NCBI GenBank assembly: GCA_047967505.1
Contig: CM106538.1
Direction: 5' to 3' (one strand)
From: Dipteris shenzhenensis
Taxonomy: Eukaryota
DNA: 64,000 nucleotides
Shown: positions 1-13,350 of the stretch, piece after piece
How positions within the stretch are numbered: position 1 is the first letter of the stretch
Layout: the number at the start of each line of letters is the position of its first letter
The notes under the pieces: model-generated
The model's input: the letters and a program-made list of their open reading frames with translations, nothing else
Told to the model about the DNA's origin: nothing
The model's database searches: none
Position numbers and translations under genes: made by a program

Positions 1-1052
1 CGAGGGTCAGAGGAGGGCTGCGAAGAGACGGCTAGACGTCGTAGATACTTCACACTTTGGTGCAAGCGGACGGTATGTGTTCGAGGCAACCGTGGTAAGT
101 CTACTTCTTCCCATTTAATGTATTGTTCTATTTATTTTACTTACATATTACATGCACTTTAGCTAACTCTAACTCTCGTAAATTGGATCCACAGCAAGCT
201 GCGATGGGTCGTCTTCCTACGGATGCAGAGACACGGCGCGCATTTCGAATAGGAACAAAGCCGTGGTTCATTGAGCAAGAGGCAATGGGAGCAACAGTCG
301 ATTGGGCTTAGGTGGCTGCTCGCACGGTATAAGTTTACTCCTACTTGTAATCTCACTTTTTAATTTAAGTTCCAATCTAATTTTCGATTTATATGGTTCA
401 CTCTTAGGGTCAAAGCTCAAGCGTCCCATCATCCGGAGGCGAGCGATCAACAGGAGCAAGGATCGGACGCAGGTGGCGAGGACAAGGGAGAAGACGCAGG
501 TGTCGAGGACCAAGGAACAGGCCAACAAGACGAAGATGATTCGGATTCGGATGAGTAGTGGTAGTAGCATTTTGTATATCCGCTCGTTTGAGCAATTTTG
601 TATCGCCCTTTTGACAGGGTAATTTTGTTACAAACACTGTTGTATATGTTCGACATGTATATGCATTTGTTACTCATCATTTCACAAGAACAATTTTGTA
701 TCACCTTGCAAGCAAGGGAAATTTTATTATAAAAAACTTTCTTTTGTAATTACAAAAAAAAAAAAGGATTAGTGGGGCTAAACAGGGCCAAAAGGAAGCC
801 CTGTTTAGCCCCACTAACCCTTTTTTTTTACTTCTGTTAATCGTCGCTATATAGCAATGTTTACCAGTGTCGCTATATAGCGACGTTTCTATCGTCGCTA
901 TATAGCGACGTTTGCAGTGTCGCTATATAGCGACGCTCCTTTTCCGACGCTTTTAGCGACTTTTATAGTGACGTTTGCGCCCGTGAAAAAAAAAAAATTT
1001 AATGTAAAAAGCGTCGGTATTTTCGTCGGAAAATGGCCTATGCCTTGTAGTG
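1..1052 (+). mobile_element. 3' end of a CACTA (En/Spm) DNA transposon with subterminal palindromic repeats and the tail of a TnpA-like ORF
   Basis: Ends in ...CCTATGCCTTGTAGTG at 1052 (reverse complement CACTACAAGGCATAGG). GTCGCTATATAGCGAC-type palindromes are repeated at ~841-935. Spliced ORF remnants (..SHFGASGR..) are homologous to the inverted copy at 11925-13350. Confidence 0.85.
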
Positions 1053-2065
1053 GTAACAGTAAACTTTATTCTATCAGGCTAGAAAAAGTATGTTAAATTG
1101 GTAGCAGTGAGTTGTGCATGAAGTGTGGTAAGGGAGTGGAGGGTTGGCATGTGGCTACATGCTGTGTAGATACATGAGCACTGAGCAACATTTGAGAGGG
1201 CCTCTCTGCATCTCACTGAGGCTGGGGAGGCTACCCATTCAACATTGGATGGTTTCAAGGGAAGAACGTCCCCGCGTGTCTGCCTTGATGAGCTGCAGGT
1301 AAGAGCCAATCAGTTGCACCTCCTAGAACTTACTTTGCAGGTTTCCAGCACTTGGGCATGAAGGCCGTTCTTGGCAGTTTCAGAGAATCAATACTCCATT
1401 CTACCAGTTCACCTACTCCAATAGTGGAATGTTGGGCTCGAATCTGGAAAATTTAGGCAGCTAGGGTAGGGCTCCCCAAGCACCACTGGCTGGCGCAGGG
1501 AGGCCCTCTGAGTCCCGCGATTTTATTTTTCTGATGACTCAATTTTGCACAATAAATTTTGCATTTTGAAATATTGAAGCATGCGCGGTTTTCAAAAGCC
1601 CACGTCTTCTTTCTATGGATCAACCGTGACGACCCGATTGAGCGAATATTTCAAGGCAAGCCTGCATTGTCTTTCTTTTAAAATGCAGGCAATTCTGGAA
1701 GCTTTAACTTCTGAATGTTCTGAGATTAATTAACAGCAGCTTTAACTGCTGAATGTTCTGGAAGAAGGCATTTTGAACTTTGAAGGCTGCTGAATGTTCT
1801 GTGATTAATTAACAGCAGCTCTTATCTTGAAGTTTGGGATGTGTTTTACAAATTTACACTCTCCGTTTCAGGGACTCAACAAAATCTTCAATCATTGCCG
1901 CTTCCATTCCACCGCATTTATGAGTTGTCTCATTCCCGTGGCTCTCGACACGGGTTGATAGACTAAAACACAAGGATCCCGCTCAGAGGGACGTTGAAAC
2001 TTGAACCAGTTTCTATAAAACGACACCAAAGAATGGTGTGTGTAGGATTTCTAGTCTTTGACTTT

Positions 2066-5000
2066 ATGGCGTCCTTCAGCTCCTGTCTTTGCAGGCAGCT
2101 GCTCCTCCTAATTCTTTCGCTTGCGCAGTCGGCCCGTTTGAATGCTCTTCTTCGTCATGATCAGTACCAGTACAATTGTAGTGTTTCCTCCACTATCGAC
2201 CTGAGCCTCTTCCCCAGCAGCTTCGTCTTCGGAGCCCAAACTATGGCGGTGAAGGTATCCTTAGTCAGCTCCACTATTAGAAAATTAGCTCACGATGAAT
2301 TGTTTGCACTGAATTTACCGCTTGCTCCCACCCAGAAAGAAGAAGGGAGGAAGCGTGTCCGGCCGTGTGTTGTTTGATTCTCGAGTGAGAAATTGTTTGC
2401 ACCAGATGTCTGAACGGTCTGGAAATTGAGTGAAGAGTCGAGAGTCGAGAGTCGCACACTTAACAGTTCTAATGAGTCACATTCTAACACGAACGAACGA
2501 GTGTAGCACAAGCATGTGTTGTAGAAAACACAAGTAGTTGTTTTAGTTCCATGATTGAAACCCGGCTGCTTCTGACGGAAGAGTAGTTTCTAAAATTTGT
2601 TGAGCAAGCGTTGTGAATCCACTAGTGCGCAGGGTTGAGTGCTGCATGAGGGAAGAATTGTTGCTTTGGTTGGACGAGAATTCTCGCAGGGTACATACAC
2701 AATGAGTCGCTTCCAAACTTTCGGAATGAGTATCAGAAATATCATAACAAGTTGACAGATTACTAATGTGGGTTCAGGATTGTTTGAACTGATGCTTATC
2801 CATTGTGCACTCGACGCATCGTCTGCTCGATGAGTAATGTTGTGAATGAAATCCGGCGTTAGAAGTCCACTCCATGGGTTGTTTATGCCTGCAATTGATG
2901 GTTCGTTAGAAAGCCAGTGCTCTCCTTACACTTTCGTAAAAAAGTGTTAGCACTGCCTGCAATTGATGGTTTGTTGGTTTGTTAGAAGGGCAATGCTCTC
3001 CTTACACTTTCGTAAAAAAGTGTCCCTCCAATTTTATTAGGCCAGGTCTCCCTATGTTTCTAAAGTGCTCATGCTGCCTTCTATTTTTAGCACTACCCCC
3101 AAATTTTATTGATGCCCATTGCCCAAGCTACTCGCCTCTGTCTCACTCCCCGCCCCACCATACATATTCCAACGCTGTTTGATGAACGGGTGAATGCGTT
3201 ACATAGTTGTTTGCATTGACTGCGCTTGTTTGCGCCGAGTAATAAATTTTGTAATTATACCCCTCTGCGGCTGTTTGAGATTAACTTTTTTTTAAATTTT
3301 AAACATGAACGTTCTCGGTCTAGTCCTTAATAACGATTTCTACTTCAATTTTTCCTCCACGTTCCATAGCACGAAGGTGCTTCTCCAGCTCCGGGCAAAG
3401 GCGACAGTATTTGGGACACCTACGCGGCGTCTTCTACCTGTAATTTCTCCTAGGGGTTCCCTCAAATTGCGGTTTCAAGTTTCCATCAGACCATCAGGAC
3501 AAGATTACATGATTCTAATTGCGGATGTTTAATTTGCGGTTTGCAGCTCCGGTGGCTGACGGTAGCACACCAGGCAGTGCAGGTGACCATTACCATCGCT
3601 ATCGGGTAAGATATTGCCCGCGCACGGCTTCAAGTGCGCCCGACAGATACCGAAGTAATTTTCCTGTAGGAGTCTACACGGCCTCCATAAAAACTAAATA
3701 TTCTGGGCGTCCACCTCCTACTTACAGCGCGCCGTTCCTTCAACTCCCTTGTTTCTGTTCAGGAAGATATAGAACTCCTGTCCGACATGGGAATGGATGC
3801 ATATCGATTTTCGATCGCCTGGACAAGGATCTTTCCAAGTTCGTTACTTCACTTTACAGAGACTTAATCCATAGGCTAATCCATTCATGTAAATAGCTGA
3901 GACCGACTCCCGAGTCAGGCTCACTGATGTTCAAAGCTATTTACCTGCGCAGATGGACCTGGAGAAATCAACGAGGAGGCTGTACAACACTATAACGATG
4001 TCATTGACCTCCTCCTAGGCAAAGGTGATCGATTTAGCTAAGCTGAGTGTAGCTTTCGCTATTCGCCACGAACATTTATTTTGAAATTACATCACTCACA
4101 TATTTGTCACAAGTACAGGAATACAGCCGCACGTCACCCTCTGGTCTCTCGACCATCCGCAGGCTCTCGAGGACTCCTACGGTGGCCTCCTGAGTCCGTC
4201 CTTTATGTAAGCTACTGTAATGTCCTGGGCTCTTGACGCAATATTGTCCTCTTGTATCTTCGTGTGTGGTCGTCCTTCGCATTTTCAGTACTGACGCTTT
4301 TCATGTCTTCGAATTATGTAGAGAAGATTTCGTTATATACGCCAATGTCTGCTTCAGTTCGTTCGGAGATCGGGTAAAGCTATGGGTAACTATGGATGAG
4401 CCCAATGACTACGCTGTTTTAGCATTTGCCTCTAACCAAGAACCGCCAGGACGGTGCAGTACTTGCACTGCAGGAAACTCATCAACGGAGCCCTACATTG
4501 TGGGTCATAATGCCCTGCTTGCGCACGCAGCTGTTGTGGAACTATACCGAGCAAAATACCAGGTGATCGGATCGCAGGTGGTAACTAGTAAAACCTCCTT
4601 GCAAAATCGCATAGTGACATGTCAAAAAACTAACGCGACTGTCCTCACACCTGACAGGCTACTCAGCAAGGTCGCATTGGCATAGCATTGTGGTTCGTAT
4701 GGTACGAGCCCTTGACTGAGAGTGCACAAGATGTGGCAGCGGCGAGGAGGGCGATCGACTTCTTTACTGGGTGGTGAGTATAATTTCAAATTGTAGAGCA
4801 TGTAATCAACTCAGAAAACCTGAAATCTTAGTGAAAGCGAAGCTTATGCCGCAGGGTGCTTGAAAAACATTTGTTTTTTGCACCTTTTTGCATTCCATAT
4901 CTCAATTCAACAGCTCGCAAAGGCGCCGCAGGATGCTTCCAATCCGTTAAGTTTATGCAGGCTCCGCATTCTGTATTATGAATTCAACAGCTGCATGGTT

Positions 5001-7472
5001 GCGATGGTGATGAGGCCAGAGATCCAGATGCAGCTGATGAAGATGATCTATTGTCTTTTGGTCTGCAGGTTTTTGCATCCGATAGTGTGGGGAAGCTATC
5101 CAGAGTCGATGCGGAGCGCGGTGGGCGAGCGGCTACCAGAATTCAGAGAAGAAGAGATAGAGAGAGTGCGGTATTCGGTTGATTTTCTGGGACTGAACAT
5201 CGCCACTGCGACGTACGCCTACGATGGGACGGCCGTGCCGGATGCTAACAGCACGGGATTTTATCAAGACATGCGGGCAAGCTTCACAAGTAGGCTTTCC
5301 TATCAACGTCCTTTCATGTTGGACACTCACGACCAGCAGGACAGAATCTGCTGGTGGAAATATAAAAATGAAAAAAAGTTCCCTGACAAATTATTTTTGG
5401 GAGCAGTGGTAAATGATAAAGAAGACACCCAATGACAATGCTATCGTAGTCCATTTTTGTCCCTGAATTATTTTACAGTTGATGCCTTATTGGAAGCCCT
5501 CGTCCAGTACTCTAGAAACTTTTTTGCGTCAAGTACTTCCGAAACTTTCTAATAAGGGCAGAGCATTTCTCGGGAGTATGCAAATACATATTTATTTTTA
5601 TATATTTCTCTATCGGGTTAACATTTAAGCTACTTCGCATGTGAAAAGTTTGAAATTTCTTGGGTAGCCGTTATTAGACGTTAGAGGGGCTTTATCATTC
5701 ACCAACTTATAACTAGACTATCATTGAAATAACAATAGATGGAGAATATAAGTTTTATCAAGCAATTTATTTTCATATTTGAAAGGCTTTGCTTTCTCAC
5801 TTTCAAAAAATGTTCTTCATTTGTTTATTTTGTTTACTATGTAGATTATCGTGATGGAGAAGCAATTGGAGAATTTCTTGAGGTAAGACAAACACAGCCT
5901 TTGTTAAAAGAATAGATAAAACAAAAAGACTTATGCTGCATATTATTGTGCTCCTCCCCCCAAGCTGCCAAATCTATTAGAGGATAGTTAGCCCCAAGAA
6001 AAGACCTGTTACCAAAATTGGTCCATAATTACGTGGGCAAGCTTCCTTGGACCTACACTAATTGTAGCTTTGGGTAATTGTAGGGGTTCACCCTTACTAG
6101 TAAGACTAAACACAAAAACCGCCACCTTGAGTAGACACTGACTAGTAAGACTAACTGTGGGGGTTAACCCTTACTAGTAAGACTAAACACAAAAACCACC
6201 ACCTTGAGTAGACACCGGCTAATCAGTGGGTCTTTGGCCCTCAACAACCAACTAAAGTCTCAAAGGTTCGCTTTCAAAAAGGCCCGAATACTTGCTACCC
6301 TGTCTCTACCAACACCTTGGACTGGGCTTAGACTCGTGGACTCGGACATTATGAAACTCCCAAATAGCAAGCAAGAAAGCCGATTGTAGGAACGGATTAC
6401 AAGCAGCTCCCAAAGTTGACGGGAGTCTAGACACATCTCCCATTAGAGCCAACCACCAATTTGTGCCCAAGTAAAACTTTGCCATGATTCCTACTTTCCT
6501 AATCGCCACCTCCAAGCCCTTTCGAATTTCCCTTGCAACATGCCAATTCCACATTAGTTTAGAAGAAGTGTGCAATAGGTACTGTTGTGCCCTTAACAAT
6601 AGAATTCATGCTGGTTTGGTAAGTTGCATGTCTTTCTTGAATCGCTTATTAGTAGTTACAGTATGCTTGTAGATATCTATGAATCTCTTATTAGTAGTTA
6701 TGGTATGCTTGTAGATGTCGAATCAAGCTGCAGTACCATGGAGTATGCGGAGCATCTTGAACTATGTGACCAAAGAATATTCAAGCTCCATTTCAATTTA
6801 TATAACAGAAAATGGTGAGAATTATCATAGTCTTGTACATGTTCTCGTGTCAAATATTCCATGTAGAATAGATGATCATCCGAGCGTGGGTACATTTGAA
6901 AACAATTGCTATATTTTATCATAGTGTCATTATGTGAGAATCATTACATGATTATGAATTATGTATAGGTTCATGCTCATGAATACTCCCAAAAACAAGG
7001 CTTTGATTTTGTGTATTTGACAAAACTACGCATTTCCATACTGCAGGATGGGGATTGGAGAGCAATTCCTTAGAAGAAACCTTGAATGATGTGGAGCGCA
7101 TTGGATATTTTAATGCTTATCTAACTTGCCTTTTAGAGGGTATAAGGTATATCGAATATCACCTTTTTGTGTTCAAGAAATTGTATAATGTTTCAAGATC
7201 ATTAAGTAAAATAATATGTTTTAATTACTTTTACTCAGTGTAATAATTTCTCTTGTAGGGATGGAGCAAAGGTTGATGGGTACTTTGCTTGGTCATTAAT
7301 TGATGGGTTTGAGTATGTTTTAGGCCAATCAATACGATTTGGTCTTCATTATGTGGATTCATCATTCAAGAGGTACAAAAGGACATCATCCTTATGGTTT
7401 GCAGAGGGTATGACAAAAAGGAAAACTACCAGTACAAAGTCAACGAATGACACCACTTATCACTATATTTAA
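2066..7472 (+). CDS. Glycoside hydrolase family 1 (beta-glucosidase-like) protein, 13 exons, 527 aa, probable signal peptide
   Basis: Exons: 2066-2254, 3370-3439, 3547-3605, 3763-3838, 3953-4024, 4119-4206, 4322-4562, 4658-4773, 5069-5289, 5845-5882, 6715-6814, 7047-7146, 7259-7472. All introns are GT-AG and the exons splice in frame (1584 nt). GH1 motifs: [51 protein letters not shown] (acid/base Glu), IYITENG (nucleophile Glu), [12 protein letters not shown]. The start ATG is inferred. Confidence 0.93.
6007..6598. mobile_element. Possible solo LTR or small insertion in GH1 intron 10
   Basis: Bounded by TGTTA...TAACA, with an internal ~55-bp direct repeat (~6082-6137 and ~6159-6216). The flanks do not form a matching TSD. 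Confidence 0.3.
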
Positions 7473-8099
7473 TGACCATGATTAGCATCATGCAATATTT
7501 ATTTGAAGGAGTTTACCTTCACTCGTTTTAAATTGTTGACAGGATCCATATCATAATATAGGCACCCCTAATATCATTCTCTCTTCTTCACAATGTGCTA
7601 TTCATTTTCTTATCCCCCTTTGCATGCATAAGTTGGTCCATTGGTAATTCAAATTATTCTATTGGGGGATATAGACGAATAGTATTTGGAAATTTGTATA
7701 GAGCTTATAAATAGAACAAAATTGCTTCTCCTTGCACCAAGTGGGACTATTTAAAATATCTATTACTTTCATTCTCAATATGGATAGCCTATCTCTAAAG
7801 CTTCTCTAAAAGCATCATGTTTGAACGTATTTTCAACTAAAACATCATCCTACAAAAATGATATTAGTATTCCCTCAAAGAAATCTTGATGTACAAAATG
7901 TTCCAAATATTACTTCCTCTCTTTGTATATGGGGATTTGCGGTGGTATTAAAACGTTGTATTTAAATGCTTTGAATGTTTTTAAATTAACCCTGGGGCAC
8001 ACCACTTGGTGTTGTTAATCATAAATAAACCAGCGTTGCACTGGTACTATTCACATAATTGAGATTCCTAGAATTTTGTGGAGTCTTGGGAAAGACAAG

Positions 8100-9200
8100 A
8101 AGCATAAGAAAGAGGATAAACAAAGCTACCAAGAAATTTGTAAGTTTTGTTGTGGTTCAAAGCCACTATAGATGAAGGACAAAGATTGGTGTTGTACTCC
8201 CTCAACCACAAGAAATTGTTGGGCATATTCTTAAACCACCAACGTGATGAACATCCACTAGAGTTTTTGAAACTTGGCGAAACACGTTTCAGAACAAACT
8301 ATATAATGTTGGACCATTTGCTCAAGCTACAAAGAGTTGTAACGAAGACATTATTCAGTGTAGAAGCTAACGAGTGGATAGCTGAGTCAACTTCACAAAA
8401 TGCCCATAACGAATTTAAAGAGATGAAGCAAATCGCTCATAATGCTGGCTTTTGGAAGAGAATAGTTGATGCGGCCAATGCAATGAGGCTAGTATGGTTT
8501 ACCATTCAAAAACTAGACATGAAAGGTCCAAGTTTGGGCAGTGCTTACATGGCTTGGTGGACTACTGAGTGAGACCTATTGAAGGAAAATGGAAAATCCA
8601 CATGTGACGGCATTGGCTATAGCACCGATTGTCGTGCCACTTTGCAAAAGATGTTTCGAAAGCGATGGAATCATGCTCACAATGACCTTCACTATGTTGT
8701 TCGTATTTCAGATCCTCAATGGTGGGAGTATCATTCGAAAACAATGGAATACTTCGGCGTAATCTCTTGGGATGATTTTTTGAGGATACATCTGAATATG
8801 CTATGTTGCTGCTGTCTGAGAATTATCCACTGTTTCAAATAGGGAAGGGCTGTTTGCATATACAAGAATATGAGACCTTGCAAAGGAGATGCCTGCATGG
8901 AGATGGTGGGAAGATTATGGAGCATCAACACCTCATTCGCAAATGTTCGCTTTGAAAGTGCTATCCCAACCTTGCAGAAATTCGTCGAGTGAAAAAAATT
9001 GGAGTAATTATTACAAGTTTGTAGATTTAGCCACAAGAAATTTCTTGAAGATAGAAAGAGCAAAGAAATTGGTATATGTTTATGCAAATGGTAGAGTTTT
9101 GGATGATGTTAAGGGAGAGAGTAATGATGGAGATCTACCCAAGTGGGTACATTGTGATCCCCAGGCCTATTCCATGATCCTTCCATCGTTGGACAAGTGC
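8100..9200 (+). mobile_element. Degenerate hAT transposase remnant (catalytic region plus C-terminal dimerisation domain)
   Basis: Frameshifted ORF pieces contain LGETRFRTNYIML, RKRWNHAHNDLH and WWEDYGASTPHSQMFALKVLSQPCRNSSSEKNWS...KKLVYVYAN, which are typical hAT motifs. Confidence 0.85.
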
Positions 9201-10149
9201 AAGTCGCAGTCAAAGCAAGCTCTAGCGATGATGAGGATGAGGATGAGGAGACTTTGTGATGTATAGAAATGCATAGTCTTGAAATACTATTGACACCACT
9301 GATCGTGGTTACATTTTTGTGCCATTTAAATTTTGTTGATTGACGTCATGCCAATTGCAAGTTATGTTAAAGCATTTAGATGGTATTACAAATTTTTTAT
9401 TTCCATGTTCAAACTTGGAGAGGATTATCTAGTTGCTTGAAACCTGTCGACATGAAGCCCTTCAGCCTCTTCACAATAATAATTTGATAAAATGTGTTGT
9501 TATAAGCATCAATACATTATTATACATTTCAAGTTATAAGATGTTCGTATTCGTGTCTTGGAGTTCGCAGCTCCGAAAACATTACTATTATGAAAAATGG
9601 GCCCAAAAAAAAAGAGCCAATAGATGGCAATATCCATATAAGATGTAAAAAGGCAAAATTTGAAGCCAGTAGATAGGCAAAAACCGAAGCCAATGTGGTG
9701 TGCCAAAAAAGATTTACATGAAGGTTTTTACATAACAGCTCATCCTAACAATGGGAGGAGGTTGGTGGGTGCCTTGGGCCCCTAGCAAGGTATGTATTCC
9801 ATGTTGGTACAGGACCACGAAGCATCCGCAATCAACAGTAAGCCCCAGCAGCATGCTAGTAATGATCAACACCATGGCAAGGATGATTGACATTATGTGC
9901 AAGCTATAAAACAATGTTTCTCTTTATGAGAATTGACTCAACACTACATTGAATATAAACTAAATGAAAAATTATTTTAATATACCATTATAAGTAAATT
10001 TAGTGAAAATTAAAAACAAAACGAATATTGTTGCGATATACCATTGTAACAAACCTTTAATACAATTCTTGCAATTTGGCTACACATGCCAAAAAAATGG
10101 TTTGATATTATATGTCAAGTTGTATACAAATTTTTTCTCTCTTGATCGT

Positions 10150-11295
10150 TTATATTCTATGTAGCCTCGGATCAGGAGAGTACATTGCGCCAATGCCGAG
10201 CATGTCATACAACTCACGTGCCATAGGAGCATTGCAGGCCGCACATGCACTTCTCACATTTAGAGTATTCACGAGGAGGGCAAGGTGAAAGCGATGATCA
10301 CAAGGGAGAGCATAGTATCCTGTGGCCCCATCAAAGTGATCTTGGCAAATTGGACAACATGGCCCATCCATGATGAACTATAACTGTGCGGGTATTGTGG
10401 ACGGTTTGTGCATGATGAGGCCAACAAAATCATGGTTGATTGCCAACACTATGCCTCCTTCGATATGTTGCAAGGTGGTTTGTGCATCGTGCACCTATTG
10501 AGAATAATTAGTTGCTATATTTAGGCACATCTCTGCGTATGCATTGTCGATATCAAGCCATTGTCTGGTTTGAGATAACAATGCATGTAATCGTTCATTG
10601 TCACTTTTCACCTGCTCAAGTTCTTGCAGTTGCACCCGTCAATGCTCCATAACTACATCTCGCAAAGTCATGGTAGAAAACATGACGTCTTGCTTGGCAT
10701 GTTCTCCCTCTCCAACTTCCTCTTTGATATTCATGAAGAGGTTGTCAGTAGCATCACCGAGGCTACATGTCCAATAAGGTTACATACAAATTTATCAGTT
10801 GACGTTGGGGTGGAATTCTCCCAAAAAACATGAAGCAAATAGTCGACATGATATTTGAATATTATATTCTCCTGACATTGGACTGTCGACGTGTGTTGGA
10901 GGTTTTGCTACCACAGGTCTAGCGCTTGTCACACATGGTTGCTAGCATACTTGAGCATTTGAGGAAAAGTCCACTTCACAGCCAAGCACAAACTTTGCAT
11001 ATAGCATCTTTGCAAAGTATGGGGGAATATCGAAGTGAGCTTTCTTTATGAATATCATCTCCCAGATGGTGGCGGCATTCTCTTTGATGGCTTGGTTATG
11101 ATACCACAAAATGGGCCATCGTCCATGGCCAACGGAGGCTGAGCTCATATTCCATATAGCCTCAGCATCCTCGTTTGAGATTAGGGCCTTCATAGTTCTC
11201 CACTTCAAGCCTTCAAGGTTATGGAAAGGACTAGCAAGGGCAATTGCCTTTGTCTGCTCTCTCTTCACAAGTTTTGTGGTGGCAACGTCAGCCAT
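10150..11295 (-). pseudogene. Decayed intronless ORF: unknown N-terminal domain, coiled-coil-like region and C-terminal RING-H2-like finger
   Basis: CPICQDHFDGATGYYALPCDHRFHLALL...CAACNAP at 10150-10371. Stop-interrupted coding sequence continues up to 11295. Confidence 0.55.
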
Positions 11296-13350
11296 GTCCC
11301 ATCAAGAATTTCATCCCTTGACTAGAACATGTGCATTCATCTTGTGCGTGGTACTCGGTCTATGTGGATGGTCAAGAGGGTGTTCTTGATGATGATGCCA
11401 TTGCTATGCTTGTAAACTAGGATCATGGAAATGCTAAACCTAATTAGTATTAGCAAAGATACGAATTCAGGACATGAGACATACGAACATTCTTACATTT
11501 TGTTTCTCATACAATTGTAAAAGATCGTTTCCTCGAATATCAAACCATAAACCCTAAACTACCAATCATGGTAACCAACATCCATTTCAAAACAGTGCAT
11601 AATATGATTTAGGAATATTTAAAAAGTGCACGACTTATAAACAAACATTGTTTGTAGGCCAACTAGCAACATCATTATGTAAATACTATGCTATCCACCT
11701 TGTAAATCAAGATATGATGAGATGTCAATATTGCAAATTTTTTAGATAAATTTTCATATCATCAATTGATTGCATTGCGTCATTTTTATCAACATTATGT
11801 GCGTGTAGTTTGGTAAGCAACAAGTCCATTATCATCCGTTCCCAAGACTCATTCTGGCACTTGGAGTTTACAATCCCACAATAGCTTTATTACATGCCCT
11901 GGGTATAATTGATCACTTGAAAATTACTACAAGGCATAGGTCCTTTTCCGATAATAATACCAACCTTTTTTTGACTAAAAAACTTTTTTTTGACGAGCGC
12001 AAAGGTCGTTATTTACGTCACAATAAACATCAAAAAAGAACGGTTGCTATATAAGCATCACTATATAGCGACACTAATAAACGTTGCTGTATAATGACGC
12101 TAGTAAATGTCGCTATATAGCGACAATTAACAAAAGCTTTAAAAAACATTAGTGGGGCTAAATAGGGCCACAACAAGCCCTGTTTTACCCCACTAATGTT
12201 TTTTATTTAGTAATTACAAAAGAATGTTGTTTATTATAAAATTTTCCTTGTGGAAAGGGTGATACAAAATCACTCAAATGAACCAAGTAGCAGAAGCATA
12301 TACATGTCGAAGATATACAACATTGTTTGTTACAAAATTACCCTTTCGAAAAGGGTGATACAAAATTGCTCAAACGAGCCGATATACAAAAGCATATATA
12401 TGGCGAAGTATATGCAAACTACTACTTATACTAGTAATACTACTACTCATCCGAATCATCATCGTCCTCCTCATCCTCGTCTTGTTGGCCTAATCCTTGG
12501 CCCTCGTGAGTTGTGTCTGCTCCCTAGCCCTCGTGAGCTTCGCCTGATCCCTGGCCCTCGTCAAAGTTGTGTACGCCTAATCCCTCATCATCACCGCTCA
12601 CCTCCACTAATGGGACGTTCGAGCTTTGATTCTAAGAGTGAAACCATATTAATTGCAAATTAGATTGGAACTTATAGAATAAAACAGTTTAAAAAGTGCA
12701 ATTACAAGTAGGAGTAGACTTATACTGTGCGAGCAACCACCTCAGCCCAATCGACCATCGCTCCCAGTGCCTCCTACTCAATAAACCATGGCTTTGTTCC
12801 TACGCGAAATGTGCAACTCGTCTTTGAATGTGTAGGAAGGCGACCCATCACAACTTGTTGTGGGTCCAATTTACGAAAGTTAGATAAAGTGCATGCAATA
12901 TGTAGTAAAACAAATAGAACAATACATTAAATGAGAAGAAGTAGACTTACCATAGTTGCCTCGAATGCCAACCGTCCGCTTGCACCAAAGTGCGAAGTAC
13001 TTACGGAGTCCATCCATCTCCTCACATCCTTCCTCTGACCCTTGAACTTTTCGAGATGATCCCTGTTCTGCTTCTTGATAAACTTCCAATCAGCTTTGTC
13101 TGCCCAGCTGGGTTTAGCTTTCCCCTTTGCGATGGAAGTATGCAAGGTTGACCTACGATGCTTTAAGATCAAACCCATGCGCTCTTGCATGTTATTCTCA
13201 TTGAACTCTCAATTTGGGAGGTCAGGGAATTTCTTTTCAACTCATCAATGATTGCCTGCTTCTTTTGGTCCGCGAGTCACTCGCCAGTCAGTAGCTATGT
13301 CACTCCTAAAGTGGTGGCTCATCAACCACCTCATGGTGGCCATCACTGCT

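Noticed and set aside
1190-1400. Possible exon with CAG|GTAAG donor upstream of the GH1 gene
   Set aside because: No recognisable protein in any frame, and the implied intron is only ~42 nt.
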